DNA from: Candidatus Fimimonas sp.
GTDB taxonomy: Bacteria > Bacillota > Clostridia > Christensenellales > CAG-314
Direction: 5' to 3'
DNA length: 53,475 nucleotides
NCBI GenBank assembly: GCA_045644945.1
Contig: JAZRHU010000016.1
Span: forward strand, 1-53,475
Below, one piece after another: positions 26,601 to 36,131 of this stretch. How positions within the stretch are numbered: the stretch's first letter is position 1; every line of letters begins with the position of its first letter. The position numbers and the translations under genes were made by a program. A model generated the notes under the pieces. That model was not told where the DNA came from, searched no databases, and saw only the letters and a program-made list of their open reading frames with translations.

Positions 26601-29600
26601 ATGCACATTGTGTCATCTTGTGATTCGCTGAGTACTGCAGTTCCGGCATCTGTACTACTTGCATATTTTTTAGAAGACCACAATGCCGAGTCAATGCGTC
26701 TCATCAATGCTGATGGATTATTGATCGTCAATTTGGCATCTTGATTTGTTGTTGTTATCAATCCACCAATGCTACCATTGACTATAACTTCTCCATCAAC
26801 CTGCAAGTAAGCAGCATCATTGCTTCCTATTATTTTCCAATCGAATAATTCAGAATAAGATGTTGCATCTACGGAGTCTAAATAACTCAAGAAAGCAACT
26901 TTAGAGTTTGCTCCAATTTCTAACAGACCGCCCTGATCAACGATAATCTTTGTTCCTGCAAAGAATTTGTAAGAAAGATCTTCAAACTTCAGGTGGCCGC
27001 CATTGCGAATATAAATTTCACTATGCGCCATTGGTAGCGCTGTAGTTGTTGAGGCTTTGAAATGTCTTGTGATAGTAATTACAAGGCTAACGCTAATTGA
27101 CAATGTAACTGGATTATCACTGACAGTTCCGCAAATCTCGATTACGTCAGTTTGAGTATTATCTTGACAGTGTGTCGTTGGATTTGTTATTGGGTTACCA
27201 CTTGCATCTTTTGCGGATTTAATAATGTAACCGTCAGTTACTTCATACATTCCGCCTGGGCCTACAAATATGATTTCACTTGTAATGTGAGTATTAAAAT
27301 ATACGGAGTATTTTGTTTTGTAGTAAACCCCTGGATGAATAGTGGTTTTGCAGGAGATATTATGTGCACTGTATTGGTTTACAGGGAATTGGGTCTTAGC
27401 CATCTTGTAAATTGAAACGGCATTTGTTCCGCCAGGGAAGTCGTAAATCATAAAGACATCGAACACTGTACCACTCAACAAATTGAGTTCACCAGTGCCC
27501 ATAATGAAGCCGTATGCATTGATTACAGTAGCTGTGCCTCGGTTATTGGACACATTGATTGTGCCATTGTTCACAATTACACTATGTTGACCAACATAAC
27601 CTTGGTGGGAACCTTTAGTACTATCAGCACTAATACCTTGTCCATAGGAGTAAATATGTCCACCAACATTAATGATGCCGTTGTTCATCAAGGTTATACC
27701 CTCGGCAATTTGTAAGACGGAGTAAACGTAGGAATTTGCAGGCTTTGAGTCGTCTGTTTTAATTGCGTAACCACTTGTGTCACCACTTGCGTATGGCAAC
27801 AGTAGTGTGGAGCTTAGGGTGTAGTTGAAGTCTTTTGCGTAATTCTTGAACGCATCAAGTGATGTATCCAAGGTAAGCTTTGTAAATGCTGTTGTTACAT
27901 AAGTTGATGCATTCGTGCTATTGCCAATCAATGTAATATTTGCATTTTGTGCAAGGGCATCCTCTATTGTATAGTACGAGCCGCCAACTTGAGCTGTCTT
28001 GTACTTAACAAAACAGTAGTTTTCATCAGCATCAAGTGTGTAGTTCGTTGCGTTAAGCACTACAGTAGCTTTGTATGTACCACCAAACACATTTCCTGTT
28101 TTTGTAGGATATGTGTTGACACCATCAGTAATCTCAACAATAGAATAGTTTGTGCCGAAGGTAAGCGTATCACCATCAATGAGGCCATCGAATGTTACTT
28201 TCGATGTATCAGCATTAGTAAACAAGTTGTCAAATGTGCGATAGCTTGCGTTGTAATCGACATTGATTACTGAACTTGCAGACAATGTGATTGTCTTTTT
28301 GCTAATTGCTTTGTTCTTTAAGATTTCTTGTCCAGATACATAGTTTTGTTGGAATTCTTCTGGCAATATTGCTGTAAATACAGCGTATCTAGTGCCAGCG
28401 TTTGCATTTTCGACATAAACGCCATCAATCAAGTCGCAATATTTGCCGACAACAGTCCAACTTGTGATAGTATCGCCATTTGCAAAGTTGCCTAGTGCAC
28501 CGTTGCCAGTTACTTTAACATCGGCTGTACCATCGTAGTTTTTGGAAGTCATACCAACGCCAGAAAGTGTCAAAACGCGTTTCTCCACCACAAAACTCAT
28601 TTTGCTTTCAGCGCTATCAAAGTTGTTGCCATCGCCTGCGGATACCGCTTTTGCCCAGTAAGTGCCAGCATTTGTGATGTTAGCAAAGTCAATTGGGTTT
28701 GTACAAGCTTTGTCTGTGTAGTAAGAGATTGGCAAACTGTTGCCAAACACGGTATCAGTTGCACTGTGTGCGACAGGTGTACCACCATAGGTCCAACCAA
28801 CAAGTGTAGTGTCGTCAATTTTGCAGTCAGCATCCCAAACAACTTCGTTTGGTGCCTTGTTGATGGTAAATGTGGTTGTTGAGCTTGCGGCAAGGTAGTT
28901 GTCGCTTTCGGGGATTTCCACCTTGATGTAGTAAGTGCCAGCGTCAGTAGGCACAGTAGCGGTAAATTCGCCATCTTGTGCAGTACTATAGGTGTAAACA
29001 GCATTGTCCATGTATGTTGCTTGTAGGACAGGTGTGTTTGCTGGTTGGCCAAATGTCCAGTTGTCAACCACAAATCTGTCGATTGCGTTCGTTGCCTTTG
29101 CAATGGTGAAGTCCGCTGTTTTTGCGGTTGCGGCAAGGTAGTTGTCGCTCTCGGGGATTTCCGCCTTGATTTTGTAGTTGCCTGCATTGGTTGGAATGGT
29201 GGATGTGTAAGTTACTCCGCCATCGGCACTGTAGGTGTAAACGGCGCCAGTAGTAAACGTTGCTTCGAGTACAGGTGTGCTTGCAGTTTGGCCAAATGTC
29301 CAGCCGGCAATGCTAAGATTTGTTATTGTGTTTTGCGCTTTTGCGATTGTAAATGTAAACGTTAGTGTTTCGGTTGTGTTGTCCGCCCAAACATAGTTTG
29401 TTTTGTCCTTGAGCTCTACAGTAACCGTTTGAGAGCCCGCATTGGTGCGTTTGTTGTTTGCAACTGTGTAGTCGGCATTTGGAGCGATGGTGTAGGTTTG
29501 CTCGCCACCATTGTAGGTAAACACAGTTGTATCTGCCGTTGGCTTTGTTACAGGCTTTGGTTTGATTACAAAACCTTTTGTTGGGTTGTCTAGGTTGTAG

Positions 29601-31930
29601 TTGCCCGCTTTTTCGCCTGTAAGCGTTGCAGTAGCGGTGTGGTTTGTGCCTGCATCTGTTTGCGCACCGGTAATTGTGATGTTGACTGTGTCGCCATCAA
29701 CAACGCCTGTTAGGGATGCAGTTGGCAATTTGGGCGTTCCATCGTATGTGAAGGTCGTTTCGCCCCAAGTAATGGAGACTTGTTTTCTAGCGATGGTAAA
29801 TGTAAATGTAAGCGCATCAGTTGTGCCGTCCGCCCAAACGTAGTTTGTTGTGTCCTTGAGCTCTACAGTAACCGCTTGAGAGCCGGCATTTGTGCGTTTG
29901 TTGTTTGAGATTGTATAGTCGGCATTTGGAGCGATTGTGTAGGTTTGCTCGCCACCATTGTAGGTAAACGCAGTTGTATCCGCTGTGGGCTTTGTTACAG
30001 GCTTTGGATTGATAGTAAATTGCTTTGTCGCATTAGTTGCGGTGTAGTTGTTGTTAGAAAGCGTTGCAGTAGCGGTGTAAGTGCCTGCATTTCTACTTTC
30101 TCTATCGGCAGTAACGGAAAGTGTGCAAACGTCTCCAGCGAAAAGTTGACCATCTGCGATTTCTGCAGGTGGAATTTGTACATCGCCAGTGTATGTTAAG
30201 TCGGTTTCGCCCCAAGTGAGGTCAATTTTCTTTGGTGTGATATTGTATTTAAAGCCAATGCGAGGATTGTTCTCGTCGCCTGTTTCGTTTACCCAGTTAT
30301 CCCCAAGATTATCGCAAGTGAGGAAGTAGTTGGGGCCGACAGACGCCCAAACGGTGTAGTTGCCAGCATTTTTGGGTGCATCAGTAAATACGGCATCATC
30401 ATCCGTTATGCTCCAAGTGTATTCGAGAACTGCGTCGTAGCCGTTTGTGTAACTTGTTACCGATGGGGATTGTGCTTTGCTATTGTATTCTGTTTGGTTG
30501 TTTTCCCATTGTGTCCAACTATCAATTTTGATTTCGCGTCTCAAAATTGTGTAGTGAACAACAGGGTTAATGATTTGATAGTTAGGGTCAGGACTAAATC
30601 CGTAAGTGGTGTAGTAGTGGTTTGCACTTTCGTCCCAAACTTGGCCTTCGTCCAAAAGCTCGTTCAATGCATTTGCGTTTGTAAACAAGTATTCGCTAGC
30701 CGGGAAGCTAACATTGATGTTGCCATCAAGAGTTTCAAATGTGGACGAGATGGAGATTTCATATCCAACACCGCCGTAAGTAACGTAGAAGCTGTTAGTG
30801 TTGCCGTTGATGGCGAAATCAGATCCCGTACTTGAAGCTTCGGCAGTATCCGCAAGAGGCATGGTGTTACCAAGGCTAAATCTAGCCATGACTTGTTGCT
30901 CGGTTGATTCGTCATAAGAGTGGTCAATTTTTGCCATTGTGGCATCGCGAGGCAAAATGGCATAGGTTACTTGTGCTGCATAGTTGATGCTCTCGTCAAG
31001 CGCATCGCTAAGTGTGTTCAATTGCGCAATTGCTTGGTTAGCAGCGTATTTGTGATCAGTATTGCCAGCAGACTTTTGTTCATCTAATTGTGCAGTGATA
31101 CGACATTGGTAAACGCCTGCATTGGTGGGGACATCGTCTACCCAACCATCTTGCTTGGTAGCAATTGAAAATGGTGTAAAGCCCTTTACGCCAACGGAAA
31201 CACTATCGTCAACTGTTTTAACAGTAACCTTTTGCTTGATGCTGTTGATTTGTTGTTCTGTTAAACCTTGGGCATTGGTAAGCTCAACATTAAAGTCTGT
31301 GCAAATTCCCCCAGACAGCAAAAGCTCAACCAGGACATTTTCGCCTTGGTTGTTGCCATTGTTACCATTTTTCCATGTAAGGTAAACTTCTATTTTATTT
31401 TCTTTGTACACAATTGCGTTAATTTCGCAATAGTTGTTAGAGTTGCCCTTTTGAGCATAGGGCATTGCTATCAGGCGGTATTCGTATTTGAACTTGATTT
31501 CGTCAAATACATTCTCAATTCCCCAATCTAAGTTAAGTGCGCCATCAGCAAGGAACAAATCATCTGGATATTTCTCCGATCCCTTGATATCTCCCTCGGA
31601 TGGAACAAAAACAGTTGGAGTATGTTCATTGCCATCGTAAACATAGGTAAAGATGCTTTCTGGTGCGCCACGACCAATTGGGTAGTTTTGCTTTTTGGTA
31701 GTGATGTTACCATCTGAGTCTGTAGCGATGTTACCGTTTATGTCTTTAGCAGGAGTAAAGTAGATGTAGCGGTTCAAGATGCTATCTTCGGTGTCGGGGT
31801 CATTTGCTGTAAAATCGATATTTCCCACAATTGCTTGGTAGTGGATGTTCCAAGTGGAAAGTCCTACGCTTGTGGTTGCCAAAACCAACAGTAGAAGCAC
31901 GATTACGATGTATTTAGTTTTTGATGTCAT
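23648..31930 (-). CDS. Giant (2760 aa) secreted repeat protein: signal anchor, MBG-like repeats, beta-helix-like region, Listeria-Bacteroides (Flg_new) repeats, C-terminal Hint domain and acidic tail
   Basis: Start set at ATG 31930 (AAGGAGG 8 nt upstream; the track gives 31963). There are many YDG...NAG(T/N)Y...NY modules. At least 8 repeats follow the pattern GY.F.GW...LYA.W. The Hint motif is SSG|CLAAGTLITMADGS. Confidence 0.9.
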   Translation of the reverse strand: MTSKTKYIVIVLLLLVLATTSVGLSTWNIHYQAIVGNIDFTANDPDTEDSILNRYIYFTPAKDINGNIATDSDGNITTKKQNYPIGRGAPESIFTYVYDGNEHTPTVFVPSEGDIKGSEKYPDDLFLADGALNLDWGIENVFDEIKFKYEYRLIAMPYAQKGNSNNYCEINAIVYKENKIEVYLTWKNGNNGNNQGENVLVELLLSGGICTDFNVELTNAQGLTEQQINSIKQKVTVKTVDDSVSVGVKGFTPFSIATKQDGWVDDVPTNAGVYQCRITAQLDEQKSAGNTDHKYAANQAIAQLNTLSDALDESINYAAQVTYAILPRDATMAKIDHSYDESTEQQVMARFSLGNTMPLADTAEASSTGSDFAINGNTNSFYVTYGGVGYEISISSTFETLDGNINVSFPASEYLFTNANALNELLDEGQVWDESANHYYTTYGFSPDPNYQIINPVVHYTILRREIKIDSWTQWENNQTEYNSKAQSPSVTSYTNGYDAVLEYTWSITDDDAVFTDAPKNAGNYTVWASVGPNYFLTCDNLGDNWVNETGDENNPRIGFKYNITPKKIDLTWGETDLTYTGDVQIPPAEIADGQLFAGDVCTLSVTADRESRNAGTYTATATLSNNNYTATNATKQFTINPKPVTKPTADTTAFTYNGGEQTYTIAPNADYTISNNKRTNAGSQAVTVELKDTTNYVWADGTTDALTFTFTIARKQVSITWGETTFTYDGTPKLPTASLTGVVDGDTVNITITGAQTDAGTNHTATATLTGEKAGNYNLDNPTKGFVIKPKPVTKPTADTTVFTYNGGEQTYTIAPNADYTVANNKRTNAGSQTVTVELKDKTNYVWADNTTETLTFTFTIAKAQNTITNLSIAGWTFGQTASTPVLEATFTTGAVYTYSADGGVTYTSTIPTNAGNYKIKAEIPESDNYLAATAKTADFTIAKATNAIDRFVVDNWTFGQPANTPVLQATYMDNAVYTYSTAQDGEFTATVPTDAGTYYIKVEIPESDNYLAASSTTTFTINKAPNEVVWDADCKIDDTTLVGWTYGGTPVAHSATDTVFGNSLPISYYTDKACTNPIDFANITNAGTYWAKAVSAGDGNNFDSAESKMSFVVEKRVLTLSGVGMTSKNYDGTADVKVTGNGALGNFANGDTITSWTVVGKYCDLIDGVYVENANAGTRYAVFTAILPEEFQQNYVSGQEILKNKAISKKTITLSASSVINVDYNASYRTFDNLFTNADTSKVTFDGLIDGDTLTFGTNYSIVEITDGVNTYPTKTGNVFGGTYKATVVLNATNYTLDADENYCFVKYKTAQVGGSYYTIEDALAQNANITLIGNSTNASTYVTTAFTKLTLDTSLDAFKNYAKDFNYTLSSTLLLPYASGDTSGYAIKTDDSKPANSYVYSVLQIAEGITLMNNGIINVGGHIYSYGQGISADSTKGSHQGYVGQHSVIVNNGTINVSNNRGTATVINAYGFIMGTGELNLLSGTVFDVFMIYDFPGGTNAVSIYKMAKTQFPVNQYSAHNISCKTTIHPGVYYKTKYSVYFNTHITSEIIFVGPGGMYEVTDGYIIKSAKDASGNPITNPTTHCQDNTQTDVIEICGTVSDNPVTLSISVSLVITITRHFKASTTTALPMAHSEIYIRNGGHLKFEDLSYKFFAGTKIIVDQGGLLEIGANSKVAFLSYLDSVDATSYSELFDWKIIGSNDAAYLQVDGEVIVNGSIGGLITTTNQDAKLTINNPSALMRRIDSALWSSKKYASSTDAGTAVLSESQDDTMCIDWSIPSIGPIVSDAIGTPATSTFTAGTYYSTGNAWYESGNYTLTYNMNYDGATNESITKAFATAITASDTSKLPTRTGYKFDGWYLNTDCTLPIDYNQKYYGDVTIYAKWVANTYNVSFNANGGTVGETNRTVTYDQPYNILPTPERTGYDFAGWWTSASGGTEVTDTTTVTITSAQTLYAHWTAKQFTVTFNHNYGESPIEESKQITYGSTYNTILPTITAPDGYEFVGWFTDEVSGEQIDGSDVYNLTTSQTLWAHWKELADYVDVTYVDENGNVLGGTDTAPIKTSFGSAYTYNYSATGYIITWTDENGSTTAPTDVEIGTNVTVQATKTPITYTVVYDTKGGTTLDNVSATYDTSFTLGTSLRTGYTLKWLVNDSEYAPGASVSNLTTQNGAIVTITAEWSAIEYTVAFNANGGDGAMSDQEFTYDIGQPLSTNVFSRIGYTFAGWSTTANGTVKYTDGENISNLATTDTTVTLYAVWIANTYNVTLYYLGESNTTVDIQVTYGQSYGSLADPPAPNGYSFAGWYMDSEFTTAKPSTVTTPDDHALYAMYTRTITFDGNGGTVKPGTYTHVYGTTVAIDDTVAKATLTGYSGKFASATSGGTTYTTITNDTPSTLYVQWTVNSYSIVVTSSNATVTISGSGVVDNGSGKYSVLYGTQVTVSVTYSQSNDRSTTIKGADGTTYTSPFTMPAQEVTINATSSGCLAAGTLITMADGSIKKVEDLTTDDYLLVFNHETGQYEASKVLFIDYDGWQVWRVVYLVFDNGTTSRIIYEHGFFDRTLNKYVYIDEFNMRDYIGHEFATALPDGTPNAGTTKLVEAYVVEEYTGCYSPTTVYHLNLIVDGLLSMPGGIAGMFNFFDYDQATLAYDEQAMANDIAIYGLMSYEDFADYMSYDVYCCFPAQYIGVSLGKGLMTEEYLQYLIERYIVGMGLEQSVPSTPQETSPTTEVVEATLPPPVVLSEESSSDGDGDDDSADGGTDE
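24060..24484 (-). other. Hint (Hedgehog/intein-like) autoprocessing domain inside the giant protein
   Basis: G-C junction followed by LAAGTLITMADGS (intein block A-like) and a distal TTVYHLNLIVDGLLS. It lies 278 aa from the C-terminus. Confidence 0.7.
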
Positions 31931-31999
31931 AACCGATACCTCCTTGTTAGATTTGGCTGACATTTGTTTATTTATCCGCGGCCAAATGCGGATGGGATA

Positions 32000-32836
32000 T
32001 TATTGCATTTCGTATGGTGCGTAGTCGGTGATGCGTACGTCACTCATCAGCGATTTGCTTTTGCCTGTTTCGCCAAACACAACATCCATCAATGCGCGGT
32101 AGTGTTGTGCGGATTGTGGTGTAAGTGTGTAGTTGATGGTTAGATCTGCAACAATGTTCGATGCGATGTATTTGTATCCAGCTCCTTCAGCGGGGAAGTG
32201 CAACTGCAAAACGAACACGTAGGTGCTACTTGTTGCGGCTTCGGTTGCGTAGTCGGCCTTTTCGTCCGCCTTGAAGGATTTGATTGTTGCAGTTACGCCC
32301 GTGTCTGCCATCAACTCTGTTGTCACGGCAGTTGTGCTTGTACCAACATTTTCGCCACCAATGGTAACTGCCACTTCAAAGTTTTTAGCATCGAACAAGG
32401 TTGATTCCATTCGGTCGGCAAAGCAAAGTGCAAATGTAAAGTACAAGTCACCGCCCGCTTCGCTATCAAACAAAGCTTGGCATTGACCTAGCTCAATGTC
32501 GAACTTAACACCCAACGTTGTTTTATCGGTGACGATGTGTTCCGTTTTTCCATCTGGCAACTGGTTCTCAATCACAAATCCACCAACAGTAGTAGTGGCA
32601 GTGAATGGCGTGTTATGGTCATCCAAGCTGATGTACTTGGTGCTGTCCAACAATTGGTTGCCCACAAATGATCCGTTTGTGATAAAGCCAAACTCAGGGG
32701 TTACAATTGTCCAGCTTGCAAAGCCAACTGCAAAGATGAAAATTGGCGCAAGAATGTAAGCCATCAAAACAACACGGCTAATCTTTTTGTTGCCCAAAAT
32801 GGCAGCTATAAAGTTGTTAGATTTTGATTTGTTCAT
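32000..32836 (-). CDS. Secreted or membrane-anchored protein, 278 aa, with the VGFASW N-terminal motif
   Basis: N-terminus K-rich, then a hydrophobic helix ending AVGFASWTIV. It lies 69 nt upstream of the giant gene on the same strand. Confidence 0.75.
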   Translation of the reverse strand: MNKSKSNNFIAAILGNKKISRVVLMAYILAPIFIFAVGFASWTIVTPEFGFITNGSFVGNQLLDSTKYISLDDHNTPFTATTTVGGFVIENQLPDGKTEHIVTDKTTLGVKFDIELGQCQALFDSEAGGDLYFTFALCFADRMESTLFDAKNFEVAVTIGGENVGTSTTAVTTELMADTGVTATIKSFKADEKADYATEAATSSTYVFVLQLHFPAEGAGYKYIASNIVADLTINYTLTPQSAQHYRALMDVVFGETGKSKSLMSDVRITDYAPYEMQ

Positions 32837-32919
32837 GTCCAGATTTTCCTGTTCGAGTTTGTCTAAATTTTGCCGATTTTATACGCGCGTACACACGTAT
32901 AAAAATAAAACTTTTTTCT

Positions 32920-32948
32920 ACTATACATTACTTGAAATTATTTGTCAA
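32920..32948 (-). promoter_or_regulatory. Promoter of the minus-strand surface operon
   Basis: The minus strand reads TTGACA, a 17-nt spacer, then TATAGT. Confidence 0.55.
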
Positions 32949-33136
32949 TACTTTTACAACAAAATAACAATTTTATTACCGATTTTTTTGCGAATTTTGC
33001 GTGCAGGAGGGTTTTGCGGATTGTTGAGCGTTTGGGTGTCTATTTCGCAAAATCAATGTAAAATACTCTCAAAATATCACACACGTACTGCGTTTTTTGC
33101 AAATTTGAGCAAAATTTTATTTGCAAACTGATTGCA

Positions 33137-33324
33137 TTTTTCGTGAAAAATTCAAGTGATTTTTAGCTAATTTTTGACGTTAAAAACGCCAGGAAAATAC
33201 CCCAAATTTTGCGCAAAAATCAGGCCTAAAATGCATCAAAATTTGGCCCAAATTTACCCCGAAATCATGCGCTTTTTTACACCCAAAAATCGCATTTTTT
33301 TACATCAAAATTGCACTAAAATTT
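33137..33324. repeat. Run of 17 phased A/T tracts (mean spacing ~11.4 bp by hand count) in a ~1 kb non-coding spacer
   Basis: Tract centres are near 33139, 149, 162, 172, 183, 195, 207, 217, 229, 241, 252, 263, 275, 287, 298, 309 and 321. Confidence 0.7.
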
Positions 33325-33928
33325 ATTCACAACTCGCATAGCGAAATATCCGTTTTGTACATGTGTTTTATGCTCGGTATTTTGTAAATTTTTCCCGCAA
33401 GTTCCTCGCGAATTTAGTAATAAATTTACCTAAGTTTTTTGCAAATTTATTGCTTAGAAATATTCAACAAAAATTCGTTTGCATATATTATATTATATCT
33501 TCTACTCGCGTAGGCGAGGCAACATACAAATTAGTGCAAGTGATGCACATTGCAAGTTTTAGTCAATCTTTTGTTTCTATTTTGTGTGTCAATTTTGTTT
33601 GTCGTCTAGGGGTGTGTTTACCTTGCATTTTTCCCGTTGTTTTGTGGGACAATTTTCAAACAATTTTATGCGCCCAGTTTGTGCCAAATTCCAATGTGCT
33701 TTTTTGAGTTTTGCCGAGATGGTTTTGTTGGTGGCTCACGTTGTTTTGCAAATATCAACAATTTGTGTCAAGTAGTGCCGTCATGTTGCAAATTTTTTCC
33801 GCTAAACTAAAAGTAATCTTTTGGTCGAAAAAAATGTCGCAAAATTTCAATTTTCTTAAATTTTGCTCAAAATCTTCAAAAAAAACGGCATTTTTTGCCA
33901 CAAAAATGTTATTTTTCCAAAAAAACTA

Positions 33929-33957
33929 TTGACACAAACGTAGTTTGGGTGTAAAAT
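33929..33957 (+). promoter_or_regulatory. Promoter of the plus-strand surface operon
   Basis: TTGACA (33929-33934), 17-nt spacer, then TAAAAT (33952-33957). Confidence 0.6.
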
Positions 33958-34052
33958 TGTTTGACAGTATAGACTTAAAAAAGCCACACTTATGCACTTT
34001 TTTCGGTGTGGGTGGCAGTTTGTCATACTTGCAAAAACTTTTGGAGTAAACC

Positions 34053-34565
34053 ATGGCACTTGTCAACATCGGACAATACCTATCAACCTTGGCCATCATT
34101 TGGGGCGGATTTTTGTTGCTAACTCGTATCAAACGAGCTTTTACAACAAGCAAAATTCCACACCTATCTTTTGTGCTGGGATTTTTAGCTAAGGTAGTCA
34201 AGCTGTTGGCAATTGTTAGCACGGTTACGATGTTGACATGTTTCCTCGATGTTAAGGATGTGTTGTCCACCATCCGCGAGTCCATCAGTGCCGAACTTGA
34301 GACGTTCCTTCGTGAGATCATCGACGTTCTGTTCAACACTCGTTCCTTCTTTACTGTGTTCCAAATTGTTGTAGATGGTGTGGTTGTAGTTTCCGCAACA
34401 TTCTGCAGTGTAGTGGTGTTCCTTGGCAACTTGGCTTACTTGTGTTTGGTTCTTATCAAGCGCGCAAGCCGTCCAACAAAACTTATTGCTGAGCAAGCAC
34501 ACTCAGTCCAAGCTTTTTCAACAAACGCATACAATTTCCAACGTAAATACTTCATTCGCGCATAG
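34053..34565 (+). CDS. Small membrane protein, 170 aa
   Basis: GGAG lies 7 nt upstream of the ATG. Three to four hydrophobic helices. It is preferred over the overlapping minus-strand ORF 33926-34429, whose composition is Thr/Asn/Arg-rich. Confidence 0.5.
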   Translation: MALVNIGQYLSTLAIIWGGFLLLTRIKRAFTTSKIPHLSFVLGFLAKVVKLLAIVSTVTMLTCFLDVKDVLSTIRESISAELETFLREIIDVLFNTRSFFTVFQIVVDGVVVVSATFCSVVVFLGNLAYLCLVLIKRASRPTKLIAEQAHSVQAFSTNAYNFQRKYFIRA

Positions 34566-34920
34566 AGCAAGAGGATTTTTTCCGCTTGTGGTCTTTTGGC
34601 GTACTTTTTGTACGTTCGTTTGATCACACATGCCAATACGTACGGAGTAGTGCACATATTTGTGTACTGTCCTCCCTATTGACATCAACGGCGGTCAAAA
34701 TCACTCTTTTTTTGTTGCGATTTGCACGTCCAACATTCGTATAGCAAATTTATAACTTAGTTATCCAGCTGTACTTGTTTGATTGCAAATTCGCACATGC
34801 GTGTATGAGGTATTTTTTTGTTACACATTTTGTCGAATTTTGGCACATTGCGTAACACCTCACAAGATTATCAAGGCAAATTGCCTGTTAATAAAAAAAC
34901 AAAACACAAGGAGAAAAGTT

Positions 34921-36084
34921 ATGATGACAAAAAAGACAATGACTATTTTGAGCGTATTCATGATAGTCGCACTCACAGCAGTCGGTTTTGCTGCATGGTT
35001 GATTGTTGGTACAATCGACGCTGAAACAACCGGCTCATTCGTTTCTAACGAACTCAAGGACAAGTACTTCAAGGTTGAAGTTGAGTTTGACACAACAGAC
35101 TCCAAAGAGAATGGTAAAATTGTATTCGGTAGACCAGCTACTGCTTACAATAATTCTTCCGATGCATGGTTGTCTTACTCCAACAAGGATGCAGTAGAAC
35201 ACCTTACTTCAAGAGCTACTGTAAAGTTCATCCCTGATGATGGCTTCCTTAAAAACGACACAAAGCCAGAAGAAAATCGTGACATGAAATACTACTTGGA
35301 AGAAGTAATCGAAAACGAAGATGCTACTTCCAGTACAGTGCAACACCGCACAGTTCGTGTAGTTATTGACATTCTTGATGTAATCGGCGAAGGTGCAACA
35401 CACAACTACAAGTGGTTTGACATGGCAGTTGAACTTGGTTACATCCAATACCCAACAGCATACGTTCTTGAAAGGGATGCAGGCGGCACAATTATAGCCG
35501 ACCAAACTTATGCAACAGCATCTCATCCACTTAAATGGTACACAAACGAATCTGCTACAGTTGCAGAAGAAGAATTGGTTACACTTGATGAAAGTGCGAA
35601 CGAATTCAAAAAATTCGAAAAAGGTGTTCTTGCTATTGACCTCGATGCAGATATGTTCTTTGTTAACTATGACGGAGATGGCAAAGCTAAAGAAGCTACA
35701 GTAGAAATTATGATCGATTTTGCTTGGGGCAAAATGATGAAGTTGATTGAAAGCGGAAAGGAAGTATTTGCTAACCCATACAAATACTTTAGCACAGTAA
35801 AACCCGAAGATGCTGTTGATGTTACTAAGTATCTCATTGAGTCAACAGGAATTCTTGGCGATACTAGACCATATCCACAAAAAGATGAAATTGCTGGCAT
35901 TGAAGGTGTTGAAAACGATGATGCAGCAACAATCCGTTACAAAGACCTTGCACAAAAAATGCTCGATTATCTTCGTGACTATTTGAATTATGTACCAGCT
36001 GACGCGGAAGCTGACCCAGTAGTACAAGAATCGGGTGTTAGATTCAGCATTATTTTGCTCGAAGGCAAACCTGATGTTGCATAA
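34921..36084 (+). CDS. Secreted acidic protein, 387 aa, with the VGFAAW N-terminal motif
   Basis: Start set at ATG 34921 (AAGGAGAA RBS). N-terminus MMTKKTMTILSVFMIVALTAVGFAAWLIVG. Confidence 0.8.
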   Translation: MMTKKTMTILSVFMIVALTAVGFAAWLIVGTIDAETTGSFVSNELKDKYFKVEVEFDTTDSKENGKIVFGRPATAYNNSSDAWLSYSNKDAVEHLTSRATVKFIPDDGFLKNDTKPEENRDMKYYLEEVIENEDATSSTVQHRTVRVVIDILDVIGEGATHNYKWFDMAVELGYIQYPTAYVLERDAGGTIIADQTYATASHPLKWYTNESATVAEEELVTLDESANEFKKFEKGVLAIDLDADMFFVNYDGDGKAKEATVEIMIDFAWGKMMKLIESGKEVFANPYKYFSTVKPEDAVDVTKYLIESTGILGDTRPYPQKDEIAGIEGVENDDAATIRYKDLAQKMLDYLRDYLNYVPADAEADPVVQESGVRFSIILLEGKPDVA

Positions 36085-36131
36085 TAACATCTTTAGCTAA
36101 CCCCCAAAAATCTCAAAAAGGAGAAAAAACT

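Noticed and set aside
33000-33930. Possible CRISPR array or tandem repeat in the long spacer, and similarly at 23281-23433.
   Set aside because: There is no conserved 25-40 bp repeat alternating with unique spacers. The regularity is only at the level of phased A/T tracts and short words. No cas genes occur in the window.
33926-34429. 167-aa minus-strand ORF.
   Set aside because: It overlaps the plus-strand ORF 34053-34565, which has a GGAG RBS, a TTGACA/TAAAAT promoter upstream and plausible transmembrane helices. The minus-strand product is Thr/Asn/Arg-rich with no start context. The plus-strand call itself is only moderate confidence.
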